From assembly GCF_009914755.1 (NCBI RefSeq), contig NC_060935.1: a DNA stretch of 64,000 nucleotides; one strand, given 5' to 3'. The number at the start of each line of letters is the position of its first letter. Within the stretch, counting starts at the first letter, position 1. This stretch comes from the human T2T-CHM13v2.0 reference genome, Homo sapiens. Positions 11,683-28,931 of the stretch are shown here, piece after piece. The notes below the pieces were generated by a model that saw only the letters and a program-made list of their open reading frames with translations, had not been told where the DNA came from and searched no databases. Made by a program: the position numbers and the translations under genes.

Positions 11683-12865
11683 CCATAGGCTCTAAAGATT
11701 GAGAGATGACTATAAATACGGTTTGGTGAATGGAAGTGCTGCAGTTGTAAGGTCTGGGAAGCTTAGAGGAAGATTTGGGCAATCAGTTTTTGCTGGGCTA
11801 GTAGATCTGAGGGAAGCGACGTACTGGCCTAAGACTTTGAATTAGTGAAGCATTGGGAGTTCGAGAAATAGTTTGCTGGAAAGGAAGGAGAGCCATGTAG
11901 AAGAGATAGGTTTTGGAATTTTAGATCGTTAAATGGCTTGTGCCAGGTTAGGGGATACTTGGGCCGAGGAGAAAGAATGAGGTGAACATGGGAGAAGTAA
12001 TTGCTGGAAAGTGGAGAGAATTGAATAGGCATTTGGTTTTGAGGGGATATTTGTAGTTTCAAACAGGATTCTGGGAATTAGTGACTGTAAAGAGAAAAGG
12101 AGTAGGAAAGATACTTAGGTATGAGGGCTCCAGAGTATATTTGGGATTCTAGAGATGAATTGGTAGATATTCTTTGAAAAAGGACTACAGAAGAGAAACC
12201 TTAGGTTCTGAAGAAGTAATATGTGTAAAAACTTATCAAAAAGGAGGCGAGAGTAGGAGATGCAGTACTGTGACAGTAAGTCCTAGGGATGAAAAGAAAG
12301 GAGAATCCTATAAAACAGTGGGGTAAAGGAATGGGAAAAATGGGTGGAAAAACCAGGGAAGGAAACTAAGAATTGAGTGGAGACCTGCTATGATACGCAG
12401 TAGAAAAATGAGAAAACTTTAGCAGGAGGAGATAGAGAGATAGACGCACAATAGAGGTAGAAGGCTACATAGAAGGTAAAGTGAAGATTGTTTTGGCTTT
12501 GGAAGACAGAAAAGTTGGACTATAACATGAATAAAGAGAATTTGGAAACTGACCCATAACATTATTTGGGAAAACTAACCTGGAGTTTAATATTAATGTA
12601 ACATTAATTGTTGTTAAATATCTTAGTTGCTGCCTTTCTTAAAATAAATTTGATTTTTCAGTATACCAGCACCCTTCTATACAAATACATAAGAAAATCA
12701 GATTTTTAATAATTATACATTCCTTAGATAAGCTTAATTAGAGCTCAGCTTCTCATCTTGGAGAAACAAGTTCTCTGAAGATTGAAGAACTGAATGAAGA
12801 TACTGAGAGAAAAAAAAAGGAAAATCTGCTGATTAGAAGATTGTATAATTGTTAGTAATTTATCG

Positions 12866-13288
<423 letters not shown>

Positions 13289-14530
13289 TGAAGAGAAGAG
13301 CATATATTGGCGAATATTTGTGTGGTCCTCAAATGGCTTATTTTCCCGTATCTTTCTTTTCTACTTTATTGGTATATAAGCAGGCTTCATCTAAGTCTCA
13401 TGGTAGTAATAATATAGATTCTCTTTCTCCTTAGAATCATAAAGCTGAGAGAAAGCATAGACATGGTCTCATTTCACCACTTCATGTAGTTGAGGAACCC
13501 AATATTCAGAGAGTTCTGTATTCTATAAGGGAATGTATTAATAAATGAGGGAACTGAGACTCAGATATTCCTAAGGTACCCTAGAAGCTTAGCGGTAGGG
13601 CCGTTAAGGACTAGGACTTGGGTCTCTTGACTGTGAGACCCATTGTGTATTTTGGAGTCATAATTGTCATCTGGGGATACTTATTTTGAGTTGTGTATCT
13701 TACTCATTTGCATATAATCTAGGATTCAGTCTTTTTCTTCAGTCGTAATTTATGAAGTCTCACACCAATTTCAAAGCATTCTTTATGTCTCCTTATGCTT
13801 ACTTGCTTTTTTCTTAACTTCCATTCTTCCACTCTATCTATGTTACTCACAAGTTAGTCCTGTTCTCTTGATAGTCTCTTGTGTGGCTTACTCTTAACTA
13901 TTTTTCATGATCTCTTGCCTTCAATTTCACTAAACATTATTTAGGCATGTTTGCATATTCAGGGTGCATATTCTGAGTTGGTGATTTTTCATGAGTTTCC
14001 ATAATTCAGTTTTTCAGATTAGATTTAGTAATTCCAAAGTATTGTTGGATAATTTAATAATAGCAATTTTTAAAGTAAGTACTGTGTGCCAGACATTGTA
14101 ATGGTAACTTTATGTTATTTAATGTGTCCACAGACCTGCATGGTGAATATTTTCCTGCATTGTGGGTAAAGACATTCAGACCCAGAGATTAAAAGTAACC
14201 CAACTAGTAGGTAGCAGAGCTAGGATTCAATCTAAGTTTAGTCTCTAGAATCCATTCACTTTTCAGTACACTAATATTTTCTCTTGGGTAAGGCCTGAAA
14301 TCCTGGTGTCACTCTTCCTTTTAATAGATGCCAATGGATGTTGCCAAAAACAGTGGTTTTGAACTTCTTTATTAAAGCTTTTAGAGCTACTCTGACTAAA
14401 GTAGATTTGAGATCCCTATTTGCTTTGCACCCCTGGTGTGCTTGAGAGAAGTATCTTTTGAAAGTCACTGCTTTCGTATATACTATTACTATTAGAGGAA
14501 CTATAAAATATTAAAGCCATTCATTATTCA

Positions 14531-14860
<330 letters not shown>

Positions 14861-14889
14861 CTACTTTTCTATTATTATCTCTTAAATTC

Positions 14890-15066
14890 CTTTTTTTTTC
14901 TTTTGCAAGAGATAGAGTCTTGCTGTGTTGCCCAGGCTGAAGTACAGTGGCTTTTCACAGGCATAATCTTGGTGCATTACAACCTCAAACTCGTGGGCTC
15001 AAGCAGTCTTCCCACTTCATCCTCTTGAGTAGGTAGGACTGAGGATACATGCTAGCATGCCCAGCT
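14890..15066 (-). mobile_element. Old Alu monomer (FAM/FRAM-like)
   Basis: Diverged reverse single-arm Alu. Confidence 0.75.
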
Positions 15067-16064
15067 CTGTAGTGATTTAACTGACATGTATATAGTAGTC
15101 CCTTTTTATATTCTATGAGGTAAACTAGGGCAGGAGTTAATATTTTCTTTTAATAAATGAGAAAACTGAAATGTTCATTGACTTGCCTAAGATCACAGAA
15201 TCATTATGTGGCAGGAACAACATTCAAACCCAGGACTTCGTATTTTTAGTCCATTGTTCTTTCTATAGCTTGCATTGAAGGGTTTGATATTTGAAGTGAC
15301 AAAGATCTAAGTTTGAAGCCCAACTTAGGTATTTACATTGGTCGAGTCATTTAACTTCTCATAGTCTATTTTCTTATCTCTAAAATGAGAATACTTCTGC
15401 TTACCTGAGAGTGCTGTGAGAATAAGATAATACATAAAAAGCACTTATAGTTCCTGACACTGACACATAAGCTCTTAAAGAATGATAGCTAGTAGATAAT
15501 TATACATTGAGAACTGTGAAGAAGGTTCATAGTTTATGTGGAAGCTCTCCTTTCAGTTTCTTATGTTATCAGCTTTTTTGTCCCCACAAGCTGTATGTTT
15601 ATTCATATCTGATTAGATAGTCTTTCATCCATCTTCTTAAATTTATTATGGATATCAGGCCTCTTAGGAAGGCTTTAATGAGCTATTCACACAGATGGGG
15701 AAATAAAGGGCAAAGTGAAGTGATTTGCTCAAGGTCACAAATTGAGTTACTAAAATAATCAAATCCCAGTATTTCTGTTTTTTTTTTTATTTTTTCATTA
15801 GATTTTTAAAAAGTTAAATTTATATGCCATAGAATTCACTCTTTTAAATGTACAATTCAGTGATTTTTGGTATATTCACTCAGTTGTACAATTACCACCA
15901 CTAATTGCAGAACATTTTCATCCTCCCATAAACTCGTTACTCATTAGCATCTTCCCTTCCTCCCAGCATGTATTGCTTCTGGATCTTGAGTCACAGAAAG
16001 GCTTTTCCTTTTTTTGGGTTATAAAGGAATCATTTATATTTTTTCCTGGTACCTGTGTAGTGTC

Positions 16065-16446
<382 letters not shown>

Positions 16447-16524
16447 TAGTTGTTTTCATCATTTATTAAATTTTTTAGTCCTTTACCCATTACGTAAATT
16501 TCACTACAATAAAGAAATAGTCCT

Positions 16525-16810
16525 GGCCAGGCTCAGTGGTCCATGCCTGTAATCCCAGCACTTTGGGAGGCCAAGGCATGTGGACCACTTGAGCTTGGGA
16601 GTTGGAGACCAGCCTGGACAACATGGTGAAACCTCTTCTCTACAAAAATCACAAAAATTTAGCTGGGTGTGGTGGTGTGTGCCTGTAGTCCCAGCTACTC
16701 TGGAGGATCATTTGAGTCCGGGAAGCAAAGGTTGCAGTGAGCCAAGATAATGCCCCTGCACTCTAGCCTGGGACACAGAGTGAGACTTTGTCTCAAAAAA
16801 AAAAAAAAAA
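16525..16810 (+). mobile_element. Alu (AluJ-like)
   Basis: Alu dimer with poly-A. Confidence 0.88.
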
Positions 16811-17399
16811 GTCTTCTTTCTCACTGATTAAAATGACACCTTTGTCATATGCCAAATTTCTATATAAATCCGGGTCTGTGGAGTTTCTTTTACGTGCCAC
16901 TACTGTACTTTTAATTAGAGGATTTATTAATATGTTTTGATGGGTGGTAGAGGTTGTTTACCCCTCATTCATTTTGAGGATTTTCGTGGTTCCTCTTGTT
17001 TTTTTCTCACAAATAAACTTTCTAATCCCATAGACTAGTGCCAGAAAAAAATCCTGATAGTATTTTTATTGGGATTACATTAAATACAAACATTAATTTA
17101 GAATAAACGTTTTTATGATGTTGAATGTTCCTTGAAGAAATATGGTATCTTTCAATTTGTATGAATCCCTTTTGAAGGAAATATATTTCAGATTCCAAGT
17201 ATTGACCTAAGTTATATTCAATCTAATATTACTTAAATTCAATAGTACTCTTAAATAATTGTGAAACTCAGTAGATTTACTCTTTAAATACAATTAAGTC
17301 TACAAAAATCCCCAAACTCACATTAGCAACATTATATTGATGTGAAACAATCTAATTTGCTGTTATCAGTTTACTGTAGTTTAAACTACAAGGACATTT

Positions 17400-17900
17400 A
17401 TTATTGATAGGATGTTCCAGGGTTCATTCAGTTGCTAAACAATTTCATTCAGGACCCAGGCTGTTTGCATCCTTTCTTTTGCCATCCTTAGAATGGTGGC
17501 TTTTCCTTCTCTTGCTTGTCACCTTATGGTTGCAGGATGGCTGCTGCCACTCTACTTCTATCTTATCTTTACAAATAAAAAGAAGCGGGGGCCAAAGTCC
17601 TTTCCTAGCTAAGCTTGTCTTTTAATTTTTTCCCAGAAATGCAAGCTCCCCAACAGATTTTTCCCTTAAGTCTTATTGTCCAGAACTGTTCACATACCCA
17701 TCCTAAAACCAATCACTGGCAGTAGGGAATGGGATTAACTATGACTGGTTTAGACCAATTTTGATTCATTCCCTTGGACTGGAGGAGAGACAACAAGAGA
17801 TCTCCACTAGCTGCTCAAACAAAAGTATTACAATTCTGTTAGGGAAGAGAGAGTGGGAAGTGGGCAGGTAATGTCTGGAATAGAGAATAAACAGCATCTG
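17400..17900. mobile_element. Ancient MaLR LTR (MLT1-like)
   Basis: Diverged MLT1 motifs (CAGGACCCAGGCT..., GGTTGCAGGATGGCTGCTG, AACCAATCACTGGC). Confidence 0.55.
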
Positions 17901-18629
17901 GCCCAAATCCTGAGGTTAACAAGTGGAGAAGCCTAATCTTCTGATTTCAACTTCCCTACTGTTTTCATTGCAGTGTAAGTATAGGAAGTAATAATCCCAC
18001 CCCCAACTCCCCTGCCCCTTATTGCCAGATTTCAGCCCCTTGACATTCATTTCAGAACTTCTGAGTAAAAGTCCGTTTTTCCATTGTTGCTTATTGCCAG
18101 CAAATCTATTTCTTCTTAGTATCTCCAAAATTGGGTAATTTGCTCTTTTGTTTTATTTTAAACCTAATGAGCCTTCCATGTTATGCTACTTGATGTCAGA
18201 TTTCAGAAAACATCTCTAGTTGTTTGGGAAAGACTGTTTCCTTCAAACTACAAAATAGTTTTTTTTTTTTTAAGAGAAGAAACTTTTAATTAATAGTTCT
18301 ATTAAGAGGGTGGCCACACTTAGATATTCTTCAAATACAATATTGATTACAAGTTACAGGTATATTCTACCAATATATTTTGAAGATTGAATAAGAGATT
18401 ATATTGAAAATTCCAATCATTTCAAACCACACCGGAAGACCGAAGTTGTTTACTTATCAGTCCTTTTCCTATATGCTTCTGTGTGTGTTTTTGGCCATAG
18501 ACTTTTTCCAGGTTTAAGTAGACATCCTCTCTCTGCCACTAACAAGTTGTATGACTCTGGTCAGTTTCTCTTCCTGGGCCTCGTTATCATGGAAAGAAAG
18601 AACGCTTTGGCACCTGACGTACTTGTTTA

Positions 18630-18860
<231 letters not shown>

Positions 18861-19953
18861 TAAAAAGTCAAATCCAAGCTCCGGTGCTACCAAAAATGGC
18901 TCTGGGAAAGTTATTTAGTATTTCTGAGTCACCTTAAAATGAGAATACTTTAATGGTACTGTTCAAAACCATGCTTGGTACGTAATAAACACCTAGTTGT
19001 TTCCTTTCATAAAGTAAGATTTGAGTTAGATGATCTCTAACAGCATGATTCATGATGTAGTTTTTAGAATCCTGAAGTCTGCTGCTTAATGGCATGCCTT
19101 GGAGTAAGGAACACTTCAGACCTACCACAACCCTCAGCCAGCCATCTGGTTGCTTTCTTTTCATTCTCTTCAAAGTACTGCTAATAAGGACATTTTAAAA
19201 ACAGTGGTGCCTTGATTTAAATAGCTGGCTGCAATTAAACTTCAGTATTTAGCCTCCACTACCAGACTCCTAGACTTTGACAGAATTTGTGACAACAAGT
19301 GATTAAGACTGCTACTGTGCCCATTCATGACTCATCAATAACTCTCTTAACAGACTTAAGCAGCCTAGATGTTGATGTGTTATTCCTATTTAGATTTGAG
19401 ACATTCATGTAAAAACATACAACTTACATTTCTTGGTTATTGTTCTCTAGGCAAGGAAGGTTTTTCCTCCTTCCCTTTCTCCCCTTTCTCTCCTTCCTCC
19501 TGGCTTTCCTTAGGATTTGATCATATAATTTTGTTGGTTTTGGTCATTATCTCCTAGTAGGCATATCACATTGTAGACAAGCAGAACATTCTCTATTCTC
19601 CTTAGTCCTCTGAATTGTAATTATTGGTCAACTGTGTATTCCTCAAAACTGTTGAGGTTCATAAGGGTAGGAATTGTGTCTGAATTTTGCTGGTGCTTAG
19701 AATGCTGTCTCCTTTAGTGCTAACTGAACGAGAAACCCAAATCCTGGCCTATTTAACCCCGTTCTATAAGAACAACGTTATTTCCCCATCAGTTCCCTTA
19801 AGATGGTATAACTAGGGCTATACTGCCTTTCTCCTAAAAGCGGTTATACTTCATAGAATAATAGAATCTCTATTTCAATACCAGCTTTTAGGTAAAATGT
19901 ATTGTGTTTACAATATGTTACTTTGAGATTTAAAATAATTATATGGTCGAAAC

Positions 19954-19991
19954 TCTTGTAATAGGTCTTGTAATAGGCTTGTAATAGGTCT
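19954..19991. repeat. Minisatellite, 3 copies of (T)CTTGTAATAGG
   Basis: Direct repeats visible. Confidence 0.9.
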
Positions 19992-20376
19992 CATGATATG
20001 TACAGATTCAGGCTTGTTACTTTTATTTTATCAAAATTTGACAATTTATGTCTTCCTCTTTGATTCCCCAAACCTGAAAGCAAGTCCACTATTATAAGAC
20101 AGCAAATGTCAATTAGCAATTATTTTCACACTAGCCTTATTTTATAGTATTCAATTTTTCTGCCCTTGCCCAATTTATCACTTATTCTCTAAGAGCGAAG
20201 ACTATTTTCCAAGCACCTTCACCAAGTTTAGGGACCAGAGCAAGTGGTCCACCATTAAAGGCTAGTGTTAAAAGCGCTCCAAAGTCATGTCCTAAGCAGT
20301 GGTAATTTCCTAAGTGTTTCTTGCACTTAACAATTGCCAAGTTTATTTTGTTGGCAATGCCTTCCATTTTCTTCAC

Positions 20377-20693
<317 letters not shown>

Positions 20694-21103
20694 CACTTTT
20701 TCAACTCCTATCCATCTTTAAAACTCATGAAGCACTTTCAGACTACTTTAGTTCATTCATTTGCTCTCTCTTCTCTGAGCACCTATAACAATTTTGGCAT
20801 CTCCACTCATCAATTGTTTGCATTGGTATTGTACTTTTTCACTGTTACTGTGTCAGACTTATCGAAGATAATTTTATGCAGATTTTTGTGTGTTTCCTCA
20901 ATAACATTTAGAACTCCTGTAGTGCAAGGACCTTTGTTTCTTTGTGCTTTCTACTGTAACACAGTTAAATGTTTTTGTAAAATTTAATTTAATGGACACA
21001 TAGCACAAATTCATTTAAAATAAAGTTCTGAGGCTTTTTCTGATCAGTCCAGCTTGCACCGATTTTTCTATTTTCTGTCCTTTGGTGGCACCTGTCATTT
21101 TAC

Positions 21104-21423
21104 CAGGAATCAGCAAACATTTTCTGTTAAAAGCCAGATAGTATTTTAGGCTTTGTGGGCCATGTTAGTCTCTGTTGCAGCTACTCAGCTCTGCTGTTTT
21201 AGAGTGAAAGTAGCCACAGACAATATGTAACTGAATGTGTCTGTGTTCTAACAACACTTTATGGACACTGAAATTTGAATTCCACATAATTTCCACATGT
21301 CATTAGTCTCTCTTCTCCCCCTGCCCTCCACCTTTTAAAAATGTAAAGATCATTCTCTGATCCTGGGCCATGCAAAAATAGGTGGTGGGCTGGATTTCCC
21401 GTAGGCTGTAGTTTGCCAACCCA
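21104..21423. mobile_element. hAT-Charlie MITE (MER58-like)
   Basis: CAGGAATCAGCAAAC...GTAGTTTGCCAACCCCA termini. Confidence 0.75.
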
Positions 21424-21699
21424 GTTAGTTCTATACTTCTACTGTCTTGTAGTAGAAGGAAGGTAGGTTTTAAAATCAACAAACTAGGATTCTCTTCCTG
21501 GCTTTACTACTTACCGCTTAACTGGTGCAAACTTGACTTTATTTTTTTTTAAATGTAGATAATAATGCTAGCCTCATAGAATTTTTGAGGAGAAAATGAG
21601 ATGATTTATGTGTAGAAATATTATTTAAATTGGAAAACTGTCTAATGGAAACTTACTGTATTTCCTCAATTCTAAGATACATTTCTTTTTTACATTTAA

Positions 21700-21987
<288 letters not shown>

Positions 21988-22207
21988 TAACAATGCTGTT
22001 GGTCAGGTAACAATTCTAACATGGTTCTCATTGCCTGAACATAAGTGAACACCAAAACCAGAATCAAAATTTACAAAACGTATACATGTTGAGAACTTCT
22101 TAGAGGTAAAACTGGACTGCTCTTTTAACCACTAGGAACTGAATGCTTGTGAGGAGGCGTGGGTGTTCAATCGGGTGGGTTGAGCAACATTCCTAAAGTG
22201 AGAGTCA

Positions 22208-22710
<503 letters not shown>

Positions 22711-23008
22711 TTAGTTATATGAAACATTCCATCACCAATGTTCTTGTGAGGCACAGAAAACTATATTGGTCCAAGTGATTCAAAAGAGAGTGGGACTCCA
22801 ACTATGAAGAAATGGTCAGGAATACCTTAAGTATTTTATTCTGCTTTCATTTATATATATTATATATATGTCTCCATAAGTAATATATAATGGATCTATA
22901 TAAGTGTAAAAGAGCTATTTCTTCTATAGAAAAATAGAATGAATTCTTTTTTATATAAAAAATGTAAAATGAATTCTAAGTGATAAAGTATTGTGTCATA
23001 CTTGATAG

Positions 23009-23068
23009 TTCTTTTTCTTAGTTTTTCATCTTACAAATTCTTTTTCTTAGCTTTTCATCTTACAAATT
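23009..23068. repeat. 29-bp tandem duplication
   Basis: TTCTTTTTCTTAG(T/C)TTTTCATCTTACAAA x2. Confidence 0.9.
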
Positions 23069-24289
23069 GATGGTGCCTTGTACATACTGTATTTCATCTA
23101 TTCTAGCAACAAGATTGTGATCTGCTTGTTTAGTTTTCTTAATTGTAAACTCCTTTTGTATGTTATTTACTTGTCCTAAGGCAGTTAGCATTTAGGAGCT
23201 CAATAAACATTTGTTGAGTGAATGAATGACACTCAGATGCAATGGAAACATCACATTTTCCCAATAGCAATAGTTTAGAATTGTCCATCCTGAATTTAAT
23301 AGAGAAGTAAATGGGAGGGAGGAGCCATAGACTTAGAGTGAAATTTAAAAAATATGATTATTGAAAGCTTGCAAAAATGAACTCGTGCCCTATTTATATT
23401 CTTTTGTGATTCCATATTTATATCTCTCTGTCTTTATTCTTTTAAGAAATATATCTTAGGTGGCTGTGAGGATTAAATTTGTATAATGCTTATAAAGTGC
23501 CTAGTACATATACATGTCTAGCTTGTTTCATTTAATCCTTTTCATTCCTTTAATTAAACAGCTTTTCCTTAAGCATAAGAACCATTGTTCATTATATATA
23601 AAAACCACTTTTAATTGAGTTTTTCTCTGTTAATTAACTGAACTATATTATTAGCTGGGTTTCATAAAAAATGGCATTTTAGCATATTATGGATAAGTAG
23701 GCTTGGGAGTGGAGCTACTCATAGAATTTACCAATATTTTATAACACTGTTGGGAGAAATGTGTCTTGGTATTCCCACCATCAACTCATTTTTAAGTTGG
23801 AAAATCTCTATACTAACATTTTTTCACTGATTATTGGGAATTCTAATCTTTTGTGGGTAATTAGAGGATTTGTACTTTTGCCTCTTCCCTAACCAGATTG
23901 ATGTTTAGTAAGGGTGGTACTTTAAATTTTTATAGCATTTGATTTAACAAAATCTTCACGCCAGATATCATCCTTGTGAATCCTTTTCCCATCTAATTAT
24001 ATTAACATGTGTTCCACAAGAAAGACTGGGTGTGCCGTTTATGAGCTCTGATGGATTATTTCATAGCCATAGTGTACAGTGACTGTTTACCTATTTCCCC
24101 CCTGCATGAGCTCTTTGAAGGAAAGGACTAAATTTTAATCAATGGGAACTTCTAGTCTGCTTGTTTCCCTAGTGCCTAGGAAGTATATCAGGGCCTGCCA
24201 TGCAGGATGTACTCAAAATGTCTCTTCAATTGAATTGAGATTAAATTAGCTGCTTATATAAGCAAATTGTGACTGGAAAGAAGCTCTGA

Positions 24290-24641
<352 letters not shown>

Positions 24642-26189
24642 TGAAGTATGTCTTTTATTCTAGATCATCATGACATTCAGATGAGTCTGGGGAGGGGATC
24701 GTATGGCTGTTGGTCTGAAATATACTTCATTAGAGGCTTTTATATGAACCTCATTGGTTTTTAAACTTGAAACCTGCTTGTTTTCTTGCTGTTTTGGCAG
24801 AATAGTAGCTTACATAAATGCTGACTATTGGGTAATGCCACACACGTTGATTTTGAGGGTAAGCAACTGCATTAGCCTTTGCAAAACATCAAAAAGTCTG
24901 TATTCTGTCTGTTCTCTTGCTTTCATTAATGGTGTTTCAGTGGCTTTTTTTTTTGTTTGAGGCCAGATCATTTTAGAAAAGTTGTCATTATATCTTTTTT
25001 TTTTTTTTTTAACTTTTCGAGTTGTAGAAAAAGAAGTTAATAATTATGTTGTTTTCCTGTTGGGTGAAAGGTGGAAATAAAATTTAGAAAATTTATTTTC
25101 TAATTTAGGCAAAGTACAATTCTTTATTATCAAAGGTATAAGATTACACCTGTTCTCCCTGTGCTACAGCAGTCTGTGTTTATCCATGCACTTTAAGCAA
25201 AGTATATTTTTATGTGGTCTGACTCAGCAGGTTGGAAGTTCCTATGGCTTAAGTATCTTATCTGAAGATGGTTTTAAGTGAGGTAAGGTTTCATTTATTT
25301 GCTTGAAAGCACATCATATATTGGGCTGTACGTGTCCTGTTCTGCTTAATGCAAGACATTTTGTGAAATGCTTCTGTTTCCATTTTTGGATTCCACGATG
25401 CTCAACACAGAAAAGTAATAGTAATGGGAGCTAGGATTTTCAAGCACATGGTAAATCAGTATTTAATAAATTAGAACTCTTTAAGAAGGCCTTCTGTATT
25501 CTCTGTCTGTGAATGGCATCAGGAAAACTTGAGAGTTTTCCTTGATTCTTCCTTCTCACTTCACTCTTCAGCTCCCTGTGATCATGATCATAATAGTTCT
25601 AAACCTTGACTTTGTTCTTAGTCTATATGGTGCTCAACCTTGCTACAAGGTTCTTCTCCCAATCATTACTATCCCTACAGCAGGAACCAGTCCTCTTCCT
25701 AGGGATTTTCAGGGTGTTCATTGCCAGCTTTGATGATTTCAAGAATGGGGAACTTAATATTATTTTGAGGATAGTATTGAAAATGGTAAGGAAATAACCC
25801 TGAGAGTCAGATTCTAGCTCAGCTACTTCCCATGGTCTTAGACAAGTTATTTAAACTCCATTGGCCTTAGTTTTCTCGTTTGGAAAATGGGGATAATAAT
25901 AGCTACCCCAGAGGCTTGGTGTAGAAATTAATTCCTGTGTTTATCTCCATTGTCTCCTCAAATTTCATTAAGTTATAGTAATTTGGAAAAAGGAATAAAG
26001 CTAAAGGACAAAGAAGAGTAGGGATATAAGATGCTAACAAAATTTAGGAAGCTAGAAAGCAAGTTGATAAATATTTAGAAGAGAAAACTGAAAACTACTT
26101 GTAGAAAGAGAATGAAAGTGCAAGCTAATCCATATCACTATCCTATAAAGGCTCAAGAATTCCAGGTACTAGGTGCCTGTGAAAGGGGG

Positions 26190-27000
26190 CTTAGAGTTTT
26201 CTTCTAAGAGTTTTCTAGTTTTGGCTCATACATGCAAGTCTGTGATCCATTTTGAGTTAATTTTTATGTATGATATGAGGAATGAGTCCAACTTCATTCT
26301 TTTGCATGTGGATATCCAGTTATCCCAGTATGATTTAATTGAAAAGGTTTCTTTTCCTATACAGTTATCTTGGCATCCTTGTCAAAAGTCAATTGACCAT
26401 AAATGTATGTGTTTGTTTTTGAACCCTCAATTCTATATCATTGATTTATATATCGATCAGTATACTGGTACTACACTGTCTTTTGATTACTGTAGCTTTT
26501 TGTAGTAAGTTTCGAAATCAGGAAGTATAATGTTTCCAACTTTGTTCTTTTTTAAAAAACTTATTTTGGGTCCCTTGAATTTCCATATGAATTTTAGGGT
26601 GAGTTTGTCAACGTCTGCAAAGAAACCAGGTGTAATTTTGATAGGCATTGCTTTGAATCTATAGATCAATTTGAGAAGTATTGCCAACTTAATAATACTC
26701 AGTGTTCCAATCCATGAACACTGGATGTCTTTCTTTTTATGTCTTTTTTAATTTCTTCAACAGTATTACATAGTTTTCAGTGTTTAAATCTTGCATTTAT
26801 TTGGCTATATTTATTCCTGCATATTTTATTCTTATCAGTGGTATTGTAAATAGAATTGTCCTCTTGATTTTATTTTTGGATTGTTAATTGCAAATTACAG
26901 AAATACAATTGATTTTTATATATTGGTCTTATTTTCTGAAACCCTACTGAAATTGTTCCTGTGGTTTTTTTAGTGGATTCCTTAGGATTTTGCCCTACAC
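26190..27000 (-). mobile_element. Old L1 (L1M) ORF2 fragment
   Basis: ORF 26487..26687 [18 protein letters not shown]...LPDFETYYK is degenerate L1 ORF2. Confidence 0.85.
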
Positions 27001-27087
27001 ATTTTAACATGTATAGGTAATATACAAGTCCAAGTTTAATCAATATCTCTGCTGTTCTTCTGAAATAATACAATGACTTTAGCAACC

Positions 27088-27410
27088 TGTGGCAGGTGGA
27101 ATAACAACATCCCCAGGATGCTGAGGTCTGAATCCCTGGAACCTGTGAATATGTTATTTTACATGGCAGAGAGGAATTAAGGTTGCAAATGGAATTAAGG
27201 TTGCTAATCAGCTGACCTTAAAATAAAGAGAATATCATGGATTATTTGGGTAAGCCCAGTGTAATCACTGGTGTCTTTTAAAGAGAAGGAAACAGAAGAC
27301 CAAGTCAGAGCCTGAGAGATTTGAAGATGCTGTGTTGCTTGCCGGCTTTAAAGTGGAGGAAGAACCTGTAAGCCAAGAAATACAGGCTGCCTCCAGAAGC
27401 TGGAAATGGT
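27088..27410 (+). mobile_element. MaLR LTR fragment (MLT1D-like)
   Basis: ATCCCTGGAACCTGTGAATATGTTA...GGAATTAAGGTTGCTAATCAGCTGACCTT. Confidence 0.75.
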
Positions 27411-27526
27411 ATTTAGACCTCTCAATCTGGGCACTAGACTAACTCATTGCTACTATTCTGGTTATTGCTTATAGGCCTTTGTAGTAGACATATCTAGAAT
27501 CGTGAGTTCATATTGATATTTCTTCC

Positions 27527-27829
27527 TTTTTCTCTTTTTTTTTTTTTTTTGAGATGGAGTCTCGCTCTCACCCAGGCTGGAGTGAAAGTGGCACTATCTC
27601 GGCTCACTGCAACCTCCGCCTCCCGGTTTCAAGCAATTCTCTGCCTCAGCCTTCTGAGTAGCTGGGATTACAGGCGCCTGCCACCACACCTGGCTAATTT
27701 GTGTATTTTTAGTAAAGATGGGGTTTCACCATCTTGGCCAGACTGATCTTGAACTCCTGACCTCATGATCTGCCTGCCTCGGCCTCCCAAAGTGCTGGGA
27801 TTACAGGGGTGAGCCACTGCGCCCAGCCC
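27527..27829 (-). mobile_element. Alu (AluS-like)
   Basis: TSD ATA(T/C)TGATATTTC. Confidence 0.9.
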
Positions 27830-28435
27830 ATACTGATATTTCAAAAGGAAGGACAAAAGGAATCAAGCGTTCACCCTGACATTTTCATTTCAAAATTAAG
27901 ATTATAGGGTTTTTTACTTTTTTGATTTTTATATAATTATCTCTTCCCTTAACAACGAAAGTCTTGGTTCCTAATGACATTAACCTAACTACCTATTTGC
28001 TTTATCCAAATATGTATGTATATGGTGCTCAAAATAACAAACTGTGCTACCATTAAAAATAACCAACAATATGATTACTGAATACTGTTTAAAATTTATT
28101 TTCAGTTCTTTTTTTTCCTTAAAGTATATTTATCCCACTAAAGATGTGCAGTCAAATAATTGTTTTTAAAGTCACTTGGAATAATTCTTAATACACCATT
28201 AAGGTAATTTGTTCTCTTTTATGTTAATTGTGGTAATTGATTTGTACAAAGTGTTTAACATGCTTATAAAACAAAAATTATTTACATGACTACAATGTTG
28301 AAGTATAAAACAATATATATTCAGGAAAGTATAGCTTTTTTGTTTGTAATATCCTACAAGTAACTATTTTCATTAGTCTCTGCTTTTATCAATGCACTTC
28401 AAAATATGTAAACATACAGTTATATTTCCCCCTTA

Positions 28436-28931
<496 letters not shown>

